Assembly (NCBI GenBank): GCA_022813965.1
Contig: JALDZS010000171.1
Coordinates: forward strand, 1-50,301
Source: Toensbergia leucococca
Lineage: Eukaryota
Direction of reading: 5' to 3'
DNA length: 50,301 nt
In this document: positions 1-9,844 of the stretch, one piece after another
Layout: the number at the start of each line of letters is the position of its first letter
Position numbering within the stretch: position 1 is the stretch's first letter
Program-made: the position numbers and the translations under genes
The notes under the pieces: model-generated
Seen by the model: the letters and a program-made list of their open reading frames with translations, nothing else
What the model was told of the DNA's origin: nothing
The model's database searches: none

Positions 1-265
1 TCTGTCACTCATTTTCTCTCTTAATCTTTTATTATCATCTTGTAAGCTGAAGTTTTAACTGCAGCAATGAATATCATGTTAATAATCAGAATTAAGAGAG
101 AGATTACTCTTCTTTTACTTTACTCTGTGACTTTCTGTTATAAATTATTTTATGTTATTCTATTACTACTAGTGAGTCTATTGTTATAACTTACTATTGT
201 ACTCACTAGAATTCACTAGAAATCATAGTGAGGTCTAGTATAGTTTACTTACCATAGTTAAATAG

Positions 266-461
266 TGTTAGGATCAGACTCAGAGTCTAATCATAAGAGT
301 ATAATTAATAAGAAGACTAAGACTAAGAAAGAAAAGTATTTAGATAATGAGTATTTACATACAAATACCCTCAGGTGATAATGCTAGGCTCAATGCAGCT
401 AGGCATGTGTCAATGCTCTTAGGTCAGTGTTGAGACTTAGTGAGTCAGCTTAGTCATAACA
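266..461 (-). repeat. 3' LTR (196 bp)
   Basis: TGTTAGG...CATAACA; aligns end to end with 3487-3682, differing mainly by transitions; PPT adjacent on the inner side. Confidence 0.9.
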
Positions 462-559
462 TCACTCCCTCTCACAATTAAGCAATGCTCTCATTGCTTG
501 TGAGATGTCATTATGCTTCTAACTTTAGTTCATTCTTTTTCTCTATTATCTGTTATGAG

Positions 560-2512
560 CTCTTATCTTCTTTGTTTTTATTCTCTGAGTTCTTATTCTA
601 GCTCTTTGCCTTGTTTCTTGCCTGATAAGATATCTGATAAGTAAGGTAAGTAACTAATGAGATAGATGATAAATAGTAGATGAGATGTGACACTGATACT
701 GATAAAGAATAAGATATGTGACTGAAGAAGGATTCTAAGTGCTGGAGATTCATCTCATTTTGTCTGTGAATTACTGACTATTTTCTGAAAGAGATAGTTG
801 CTTTGCATAGCTCTGAATTTAATCATTTTGCATGCTAGAAATTGACTGAGAGATTCTATCTGACTTAATATGCGCATCAGTAGCAAATCTCTGAGAGTTG
901 TAGTATCACAATTCAAACTGCATAGTTTTGTATGTGTGTGAATCACTAGAAAATCATGTCATTTCACCTGCAAAAGCCTAGTCTTATCTTTATGCTAATC
1001 AGAGGCAATGCAAGAGCTCAGAATGTACTCAAAAGTTATGCTTTTCATACTTAAAGACTTTTTAAATTTAATAGATAGACTTATTACATTATCTTTATGA
1101 AAGATCAGTCTAATAACTCTGAATCACATGCTTTTGCCTGCAGTCAAATTACTAAAAAATCATACAATTTGATGAGTTATTTAATTACTTCATCTCTGTG
1201 CAGGTTAGAAGCTCAGAATTGAAATTGATGAATTCATAAAATATTCAATTTGAGTAACAAAGATTCATTCAATTTTTTATGCCATTCAGTATGTTACTCC
1301 CTTCTTCTAATAAGTGATGTTTCTATTACTGAAGACCTAGACTTAAGCCCCTAGCCCTGATACTGACATTGATTCATTCTTCTTGCTTTACATTTATTAT
1401 GAGACCTATTCTTCAAGTTCTTATTCTCTGAGTTATAGTCTTTGTTTTAGCTCTTTCTCTCAAGTCTTTGCCTGACAAGGTATCTGATGAATAAGGTAGG
1501 TGATAGATAAAAGATAAGGTATAATACTGATATTAATAAAGGATAAAATATATAACTAATAATGAATGAGGATAAAAGATTCTGAGTGCCGGAAATTCAC
1601 TAGGAATGAGCCTGATTTTTATGCTTGTAAATTGCATGATTTTGTCAGTATGAGAATTACTAAGGAATCATGTTTTTTTATCAGTCAAAGCCTTGTCTTA
1701 TCTCTATGCTATTTAGAGGTGATTCTAAAGCTTGAAATCTTGATTAAAAGTCATAATTTGTGTACTTAAAGATTTATTGAATTTAGTAAGTAGACTCATC
1801 ACAATATCTTTAGTAGTAACTTAGAATCACATGACTTTGCCTGCATGCAAATCACTAGAGAATCATGCAATTTAATAGGTCATTTGATTCCTTCATCTTC
1901 ATGCAGGTTAGAAGCTATTGAAACTGATAAATTCATGAAATTTTCAATTTGAGTATCAGGAATTCATTCAATTGTGTATGTCATTTCAGTATGTTATCTC
2001 CCGTTTAGATAAGTGATGACCCTATCACTGAAGACCTGAACCTCAGCTCTAGGCCTGATACTGATATTCATTCTTCTTAACCTTATTCTTTAAGTATAGT
2101 TCTTGTTCTAACTCTTTCTCTTGACACTTGCCTGACAAGGTAACTGACAGATAAGGTAAATAATAAATAAAAGATAAGAAATGATACTGATACTAACAAA
2201 GGATAAGATATGTAACTGATAATAGATAAGATATGAAGGATTCTAAGTGCTAAAGATTTATCTAAAAATTGACTAAGAATTTATCTGACTTTAGTATGCA
2301 GATCAGTAGCAAATCTCTGAGAGATGTGATATTCTAATTCTGAATTGCATGATCTTGCCTGCATGGGAATTGCTAAGAAACTGTATTATTTTTCATATCA
2401 AAGCCTTGCCCTTTCTTCATGCAATTTGAGGGGCTTGAAATTATGACTGATAAATCCTTGAAGTGTTCAATTTGAGTAACAGAGATTCATTCAATTTTGT
2501 ATGTGATTTCAT
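560..2512. repeat. Three imperfect tandem copies of a ~0.5-0.85 kb unit inside the LTR element
   Basis: Shared anchors TGCCTGAYAAGRTAWCTGA at ~620, ~1469, ~2129 and TTCAATTTGAGTA...ATTCATTCAATT at ~1244, ~1943, ~2466. Confidence 0.85.
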
Positions 2513-2780
2513 CACTTTATCTTATCACTTTGTTTTCTTTATTCTTTGTCTTATGTTCACAGCTCACTGACTGTTTGTGTACTCTAAAATCCTTCTCTAG
2601 ACTCTATCAAAATGAGAGCTACTGAAGGAGGTAAAGAATTAAAATTGTGAATTAATTAAAGACTTGAAAAGGTGACGCATTTGAAAGACTCTTATCAATA
2701 GTTCATAGGTAGAAAGTTGAATCATTCTGATCATGTCATTGTAGCAGGCTCACTATCAGTGTTTAGTGTTGATATTCTTT

Positions 2781-2880
2781 CTAATTGTTATTTAGTGCAT
2801 TCTTTGCATAGCATATCAGTCTAATTGTCATTTAGCACATTCTTATTATAGCACATCAGCCTGATTGTCATTCAGCATGT
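2781..2880. repeat. 40-bp tandem repeat (~2.5 copies)
   Basis: CTAATTGTYATTTAG...ATAGCAYATCAGY units start at 2781, 2821 and 2861. Confidence 0.8.
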
Positions 2881-3236
2881 CATTTGTTAAAGGTAGGTGT
2901 TTGTGTTGCAGTAGTGTTATCACTAGATTTACCTGCAGGGCATGAGTCACATGAGGTCTTTTCTTGCAGTAGCTATTAACAGAATCACCTCTCAAGACAT
3001 AACTCAAAGATAGAAACAGAATTTGTGTTGATATAATCACTGTAATAAATCATAGGTCAGAAACAGATTTTGTGATCACTGCAATGAATCAGAATATTAA
3101 AGGTGTTAATATGATCACTGCAATAATTCAGAGATCTAAACATTAGATATTTTACAGTGATCATTTAATGTCATCACCTGTGTAATTTATGTTATAATAA
3201 GAGGTTCAAGATACTGACTCAGAGCTATCTGTCTTA

Positions 3237-3382
3237 GATAAGCTTCTATCTAATAGTTCTGTCTTCTCAGACTTTATGATTTACTCCTTTCTATTACTTG
3301 ATCAGTCATCTCTGATAAGCTTCTGCCTAGTAGTTCTGTTTCTCAGCCTTCAGTTCACTTCTTTCTATCACTTAATCAGTCA
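3237..3382. repeat. ~77-bp tandem duplication
   Basis: GATAAGCTTCTRYCTARTAGTTCTGT...CTTRATCAGTCA occurs twice in tandem. Confidence 0.8.
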
Positions 3383-3473
3383 CTTAGTAGTGTTCAAGTT
3401 AGTTGTGTAGCTTCTCTCTGTGTTTTCTGTCATCTACACTCAACATCAGAAATTTACATTCTCTAATAGATGA

Positions 3474-3484
3474 AGTCTTAGTCT
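3474..3484 (-). promoter_or_regulatory. Self-priming primer-binding site (11 nt, complementary to a site within the LTR)
   Basis: - strand AGACTAAGACT lies 2 nt downstream of the 5' LTR end. It is the perfect complement of - strand AGTCTTAGTCT at 3545-3535 inside that LTR. Confidence 0.7.
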
Positions 3485-3486
3485 AA

Positions 3487-3682
3487 TGTCAGAATTAGAC
3501 TCAGAGTCTAGTCATAAGAGTATGATTGATAAGGAGACTAAGACTAAGGAAGGAAAGTATTTAAATGATAAGTGTTTACATATAAATACTCTCAGGTAAT
3601 GACGCTAGACTCAATGTGACTAAGCATGTGTCAATGCCCTTAAGTCAGTATTAAGGCTTAGTGAGTTAGCTCAGTTATAACA
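3487..3682 (-). repeat. 5' LTR (196 bp)
   Basis: TGTCAGA...TATAACA; same length as, and colinear with, 266-461. Confidence 0.9.
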
Positions 3683-4999
3683 ATTATTAACACTGAGAAC
3701 TCTTTTGAGAGAAGCATTAAGAATTATCTTTTAAATCTTATGTATAGTTATATCTGATAACTTTAACTTCAGAGAATATTTATATTCTTTCAGATTATAA
3801 AGATCTGCTTTAGAGAGAAGAGAAAAGAAAGACTGACTTAAAAGATCTGTCTTATCTATTATATCAGCTATTAACTTATTATCAGATTCTTTTAATGACA
3901 GTGTGTAGACTTATTTAGATATTTAATTGTTTGCTTATTTAATTAGATTTTATAACTTATTGAGAGACTCAGCTGCTTTCACTACCCTTTCTCTGTGTGC
4001 TTGCTTTAGAGCTTTCTTTATAAGTTATCTCTTTTAATTTTTAGTCTCACAGTATAACTCTTAGTTCTTATTTGTATGTGTTTGTTAAAATTGATGTCTC
4101 AGATATTGAGTATTTCTGCAGACTTTCTTACATTTTTCTGTTTATCTCACTTAGATATGAGGGCTGTTTCAGATCATAAGGGTGAAGATAATAATCATCA
4201 GCATCAATGCTGAGATCAGTTCTTTTATTGTCTTATCAATAATAATCTTTTTTACTGTAATTATCAGAGGTTTTAGTAAGTGCATAATCAGTATCTTTAA
4301 AAAAATCTTTAAGTTAATTTTCTTTTATTGTCTTCTTTCTGTTTTAGGCAGTATATTCTTTCTTAGCTCTATAGTTATTTTTATCAGTCAGTGATCAAAA
4401 TCATGATTCACTTCCTTTCTTACCTTATAAAATGTGACTCAATCAGTCATTTTTAATATAGTCAGCAATAGATTAATAATGAATTTAACATTATTATTAT
4501 TCTTATATGTGACAGTATCAGATAATAGCAATAAATGTAGCTGTTTTTTCTTTATTACCCTTAATAACTTACTTATTACTATTTAATCAGCTTCTTAATT
4601 TATTCTTAAGACATTTCTTAGCAGTCTTAGTATTCTATAGAGATTATCAGAGCTAAGTAAAAGATTATAGATATTATGTATATATATTTCTCTCTTATTT
4701 TTTATCCTTAAATGAAGTGTGCAGAGATTAGTAAAGTAATAGATAATTATTTAATTTTGAAGTGAGATTTTTTTATTTATAAAAAAACAGACTCTAGTCT
4801 GTTTCTTCTATTTAAACACCAGATAAGAGTGATCTAAAACTGAGTTATAAGTGATAGAGATATCAGAGTTATATGTGTTAATTTATAATTTCTATATTAT
4901 CAGTATGTTATACTTTCAGATCTTCTCATTCTTTAGTAACATTATCATTACAATGTTTCTTAATTTTTAGACATTATACTATAGTATGAATAGTTTCAT
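3683..4999 (-). pseudogene. LINE ORF2 relic (APE endonuclease domain up to the start of RT)
   Basis: MKLFIL*YNV*K (cf. ILQYNVQK); KYNILII*KL*IN (cf. YDILAIQEPW); TRVCFFINKKI; EIYIHNIYN; FIINL...NHDFDH (cf. TIDL...SDH); ends ASLKRVLSVNN (cf. SPKKAPGxDG). Confidence 0.85.
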
Positions 5000-6830
5000 A
5001 TTTATTAATAAACATGTGAGTTTTCTGTCTGAATTATGTTATCATATATTATCAGTTGAGTAAACTCAGCTTCTAAATTTATTTTTACATCATTAATTCT
5101 CAATCAGAAATTAACTATGTATTATGACTTAGCTGACTCACTAAGCATTAACATCTAATCTAAGAGCATTAACACATGCTTAGCTGTATTGAGTTTAGCA
5201 CTGTCACTTAAGGGTATTTGTATGTTAAATATATCATTATTTAGATACTTTTCTTCCTTAGTCTTAGTCTTTTTATCAATCATACTCTTATAAGTAAACT
5301 CTAAGCTTAATTCTAACACTATAATGTTTATCACATTCTTAAGAGACTTTTTAATTTTTACTGACTTTTTACCTTTGCTCTTTCTCTTTCTTTTATTATT
5401 TACTAAGATATATTCTGCAGCTTGATCTTTCTGTGCTTTCTTCTCTCAATTCTTAACATTTTTATATCTTATTAACTGAGACTCATTGATAATTGCTTTC
5501 ACTAATTCTTTGTGTATTCTTAATGACTTAAGTAACTGTACTTAAGTGACTTTACTAAGAGTGAGTTTCAATGTAATAAGTTTATTAAATGTAATAAGTT
5601 CAGTATATTTAGTAAGAGAGATCTTACTGAAGTGAGAGAAAGAGAGAAAGAAAAAGAGAGTAAGATAAAAATTCAATAATATTTAATGAACTGAATATAG
5701 AGAGTGTTGATTTTTCTTCATCACTTTCATTCTGAGAAACTTCTTTCTTCAGTCAGAGCAAGTGTTACTTTATGCTGTGTGCTTCTTATCACACACACAT
5801 TTCTTTTTCTGCTTGTTAGTACACACTGATAAGACATAATTATCAGTGCATTGTTTACACTGTTGTGAAGCTAAGCACTGAGTTTTAATGTGATTATACT
5901 TCTGACACTAAAAAAACTACTTTATCTAACAAGCTCTGATGTATTTCTTACAAGTGTGAATTTCTGAATTAAGAATCAGTTTACCTTTAATGACTTTGTT
6001 TGTGTTAATAACTCTAATGAATTTTATTATCAGAGTCAATTTCTTCTTGATTATTACTGTCTGTTTAATAAGGCAGTCTATATATCTGATTTTTACCTTA
6101 AAAATAGTGAAGAAGTTTTCATTTAAAATTTTAATAACTGTTTTTTGTGAATTATTATGTTTCTTAATTTTAATTTTATACATTAGAATTCTAAACATTA
6201 ATATCAATATCTTTACTTTCTTGTTAAGAACCTTGACTTAGAAGATGTTATCTCTCTAAAAAAGCTCTGCATCTTTCTTTATCTTAATAGTCAGAGACAT
6301 GTCTCTGCTTTTTAGCTGTTTTATCACAATTATTCTTATCTTCTTCTTTTTTTAAATCTGATTAATACTATTGTTAATTCTTTTAATAATAATGTTTAAG
6401 CTGTCTGCTCATAGCTTTAATGAATAAGACACTTTTTATTCTAACAGTGATAATTTTTTTCTTCTTTATATTCTTTAAAGTGATGTGAAACAGAGAGATT
6501 GTAAGAGACTTTAAGCTCTTAACTCAGTTACTTGCTATGATATAAAATAGAGAGAGAGTGACTTACTAAGGAATGCGTTTCATCATTGACTTTTAGTAGA
6601 ATAATAATGTCAGTTACAGCATTAATAGCTGTAAGAATCTGATCATTAAAGGTCTGAGTTCTAAATTTCTTAATAAACTTCATTACACTCTTAATATATA
6701 AAGTTATTGTTATTTTTAATGTTGCATTATTATCTAAAAGAGCTTGCAAATCAGTGAGTAAGTTAAGAACATGTTTATGTATTTTAGGTGACACATAGTC
6801 TACTAAAGGCTCTGAAGTTCTATCACTCAT
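5000..6830 (-). pseudogene. LINE ORF1 (gag-like nucleic-acid-binding protein) relic, interrupted by a solo LTR
   Basis: Around 5970-5750: SEIHTCKKYIRAC*IK*FF*CQKYNHIKTQCLASQQCKQCTDNY...KKCVCDKKHTA*SNTCSD, matching the three Cys/His knuckles of fungal Tad ORF1. Candidate ATG at 6830. Confidence 0.8.
5120..5318 (+). mobile_element. Solo LTR of the same family, opposite orientation, with 5-bp TSD
   Basis: Reverse complement of the 266-461 LTR (TATT...TAACA, TG>TA by transition). Flanks are CTATG (5115-5119) and CTATA (5319-5323). Confidence 0.9.
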
Positions 6831-7141
6831 TGCTTAATATAAGATGATACTCAGTGATAAGATAATAAAATCAGATGATTCAGGTAGTCAATTATGAGTT
6901 ATGATGATTGGTTATTTCAAAAAATAGGTTTGAACTTGAGGTGGTTGTTTCATCACACACCCGGATGCTGGATCAGCCCACATATAAATTCTAGCGGCAT
7001 CGGCCTTCGGAGGCTCTTTTTTACGATTATTTTACCTCACATTTCGCTTCACCAACCAGGGGTCCGACTCTCGACACCACAGCCAAACAAATCTCATTGT
7101 ACTCAGTGAATGCTACGTCCCCTGAATACTCTTAGGCCAAT

Positions 7142-7715
7142 ATGAAGCTTGTCAGGTAAGCAATTTTATCACATTGACCCTCTCAAGACACAAGCTGAGC
7201 TTCATATCGCAAGGCTCCTGCCTCATCCACGTAACTGACCTACGGCACGCGCTCTAGATTTCTCATGAAATGTGCGAACGAGACAGTAACAATCGAGCTC
7301 AAAAATGGTAGGCGTCTCTCATACCCCTTTAAATTACATATATTAAGCAAAGTCTCCGCTGACATCTTCCCTGGAAGGCACTCTTCTTCATGGAACAATC
7401 ACCTCTGTTTCTCCCCAGATGAACACCGCCTTACGCACTGTCAAAATGACACTTCGCGGCCGAGATTCTATTTCCCTTGATTCCATCAATATCCGTGGTT
7501 CGACCATCCGCTACTATATTCTGCCGGACTCTTTGCCGCTAGATACCTTGTTGATCGATGACGCGCCGAAGCCGAAGAACAAAGCTAGGAAGGAGGCTGC
7601 AGATACCAGAGGTGGTAGGGGAGGGAGAGGAGGTCTGAGGGGAAGAGGAAGAGGTGGTGGTGGTGGTGGTGGATTCAGGGGAGGTAGGGGAAGAGGTGGT
7701 GGAAGAGGTTTCTAG
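7142..7715 (+). CDS. SMD1: Small nuclear ribonucleoprotein Sm D1; exons 7142-7155, 7258-7307, 7378-7715
   Basis: Spliced product [41 protein letters not shown]...[21 protein letters not shown] plus an RGG tail. Confidence 0.97.
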
Positions 7716-7943
7716 ATGATGGAGGGCTGGCCATATTTAGATGGAGTGAGGCAAGGAGGTATCGGAATTTATAGTCGACTTGGCTCCTCCCCCAAAATGG
7801 TTTCTCGGCGTTCTCTGGTCCATGAAAAAGCAAAGTCAACTTCCAGGCGATTGATGCACATGTATTCTGTTCACAGGCGTGGATCGCGACCGCTTTTACT
7901 CTCTTGTTAGTGCTTGCACTCATTCAATTTGCTATTGAGGACT

Positions 7944-8732
7944 TCAGACACGCCAGATTCTAATGATCTGCAATTTCTCCCATCCGGCTGACTTCCCTGA
8001 TTGACCTACGACCTCGACATACCAAGTTGAGCCCCACCGGCGTATACGATGCATGACCTCCTCGGGCTTGTTCTGCTGACACAATAGAAGATACGCTGTG
8101 CCTCTGGTACTACTTAAGAGTACTGGGATTTCGTCCAGTAGTTTGCTAGTGACCTCCATTCCATCAATGCCTCCCGTGTAGGAAAGTGAAAGCAGATACG
8201 AATCGTTTTCGAAACTATCTTCCAGAATACTAGATGGTCCGTTCACACTCTCACCCGCTACTGCAACATTGCTAGGTATTTCAGGCGTAGGCACATATGG
8301 TGGATTGAAGATGAGCACATCAACAATCCCATTTCGCAGTGGGGAACTCAGATCTGCAAACAAGACATCCAATGAATTTCCTGAAGTAGAGCATCCCACC
8401 TCAGACGCTTTCCTTACAGTCACTGCGGCTGCTTCGCAAGCAAATCTGTTAATGTCTGTACCTAGGGTAATTAGGTCTGTCCTTCCGAATATTGTTTGGG
8501 CATGGGCTGTGACGAAAGCAAGTACGACTCCAGATCCAGTCCCAACTTCCACGATCAATGGTGAGGGGGTTGAATCAAGCTGAGGTTTCGCATGAATGGG
8601 GTAGCCGAGTCGCTTTCTCAAGAAATGGGTTTCGGATGGCGAAGAAAGTGTATCCAGTAGCAGGAACGAATCCTCAGCCGGCTCATATATGCGATCTAGA
8701 TTCACATGGGAGGTTGATGGAGTGGGTAGCAT
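7944..8732 (-). CDS. MTQ2: eRF1 glutamine methyltransferase catalytic subunit (HemK2/N6AMT1 family)
   Basis: MLPTPSTSHV, IYEPAEDSFLLLD, EVGTGSG SAM motif, FNPPYVPT, GWEKLQIIR. Confidence 0.95.
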   Translation of the reverse strand: MLPTPSTSHVNLDRIYEPAEDSFLLLDTLSSPSETHFLRKRLGYPIHAKPQLDSTPSPLIVEVGTGSGVVLAFVTAHAQTIFGRTDLITLGTDINRFACEAAAVTVRKASEVGCSTSGNSLDVLFADLSSPLRNGIVDVLIFNPPYVPTPEIPSNVAVAGESVNGPSSILEDSFENDSYLLSLSYTGGIDGMEVTSKLLDEIPVLLSSTRGTAYLLLCQQNKPEEVMHRIRRWGSTWYVEVVGQSGKSAGWEKLQIIRIWRV

Positions 8733-8922
8733 CCCTTGCTTTTGAGTTCGCAGGACGACCGGAGCTACTCCGTAGAATACGGCGAAATTGTCAGTTTTGT
8801 CTTCCTTCTGCCAAGAACAATGACCTCACCTTCAGAGTTGAGACCTTACCTTAAGGTACTTTTCAAATCCATCCTTGACCTTACCAAAGAAGAACTCTGA
8901 CTGATTCCACACCGTAACAATT

Positions 8923-9433
8923 ATGAGGCTTTCGCCCAGAATGAGAGCGATGCCAACGGCCGTGGGCTCCACCAATGGTCTCAAACCAGCCCCAATGGCG
9001 CTGCTGCCACCGATTCCCTTATATAGACGACTTCTACGGACACATCGAAACTTTCTGCCGAAAGAAATGCGATTATTAGGTGACGAATATGTGAAGAGCG
9101 AATTTCGAGCACATAGAAACGTGGAGAACCCTGTGCATATTGTAATTGGCCACGATAATCAACTTGGTGCAGAAACCTGGCTCACTGGCAAATGCAACAG
9201 ATCGGATTTTTGACCGAATGGCAGATGTATGCTCAGAAAATTGAGGGAGACTCTTGGCTGGGCGAGAAGCTCGAAAGTGGAAAAATTGACAAAATGAGTG
9301 GTACTGGAAGTCTCTACTGACTACGAAAGATACTATGCTGATATAAGACTTAGATCAGCAGCTGGGTCAGCTATACGAACTCATGCAAGCAATACAGAAG
9401 AACGAACGTGGACACGACGACGGCGATGCATAG
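8923..9433 (+). CDS. SDH7: Succinate dehydrogenase assembly factor 3 (ACN9, LYR family); exons 8923-9141, 9201-9300, 9354-9433
   Basis: LLPPIPLYRRLLR, LGDEYVKSEFRAHR, IGFLTEWQMYAQ, DQQLGQLYELM. Confidence 0.93.
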
Positions 9434-9844
9434 TACGACACTCATCGAAATTATGAGCTATGTTGCATGTGGCACGGACAGATCTAGAGATGTGATAGTG
9501 AATGTCTCTTTGCAAAATCGTCATGGAGGTGAAGAAGTACGAGTCAACAGTCCAAGTTCATTCATCAATCTCTATATAAGAGGGCGACGCTCAGGACAAC
9601 GCTCTCGCAATTCTTTGCACCTTCGATTACCCTACTTGGAATCGTCATTTCATCCTTTGCCTTGCAAGTTTCTGGAAGCTCAGTCCAATTCAAGGGATAC
9701 GATCCTGCCATTTGATTAGCACGTACGTCTAAAGTAGTCGCCGATTACTCTATATCATTGCTATTCGACCGATTCGCCACCGCTCGCTCCCAATTTTCAC
9801 TTGCTCGTAGTATCGGTAGACCTCGCAAGTTTCTAGTACGAAGA

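Larger units (their letters stand above)
266..3682 (-). mobile_element. LTR retroelement (Ty3/gypsy Tf1/chromovirus-like), apparently non-autonomous, RIP-mutated
   Basis: Two direct 196-bp TG...CA repeats (266-461, 3487-3682). On the - strand, polypurine tract GAGAGGGAGTGA (473-462) abuts the left LTR and a PBS-position motif (3484-3474) follows the right LTR. The interior is mostly tandem repeats; no pol motif recognised. Confidence 0.8.
1..6910. other. AT-rich RIP-type hypermutated transposon block
   Basis: Very AT-rich, CpG nearly absent. Relic reading frames carry stops and substitutions explained by C>T/G>A transitions (W>stop, Q>stop, D>N, P>L/S). Abrupt return to normal composition at ~6900-6960. 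Confidence 0.92.
3683..6910 (-). mobile_element. Tad-like LINE (non-LTR retrotransposon) relic, 5' part retained, cut off at the start of the RT domain
   Basis: - strand translation gives RIP-degraded ORF1 CCHC knuckles, ORF2 APE motifs, and a pre-RT KAPG-like segment next to the LTR. The 5' boundary is approximate. Confidence 0.85.

Noticed and set aside
1..265. Left-edge AT-rich fragment, probably another transposon
   Set aside because: No motif could be assigned confidently; included only in the hypermutated block.
2846..3040. NSYCKKRPHVTHA resembling a gag CCHC zinc knuckle inside the LTR element
   Set aside because: The first Cys would need transversions and the last a frameshift, and the surroundings are short tandem repeats; too weak to call gag.
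2781..3135. Regularly spaced ~40-bp repeats resembling a CRISPR array
   Set aside because: The units are degenerate tandem copies without unique spacers, there are no cas genes, and the context is a eukaryotic retroelement.
4182..6241. Ile/Phe/Leu-rich plus-strand ORFs that look like membrane proteins
   Set aside because: By-products of AT-rich mutated DNA, antisense to the LINE ORFs.
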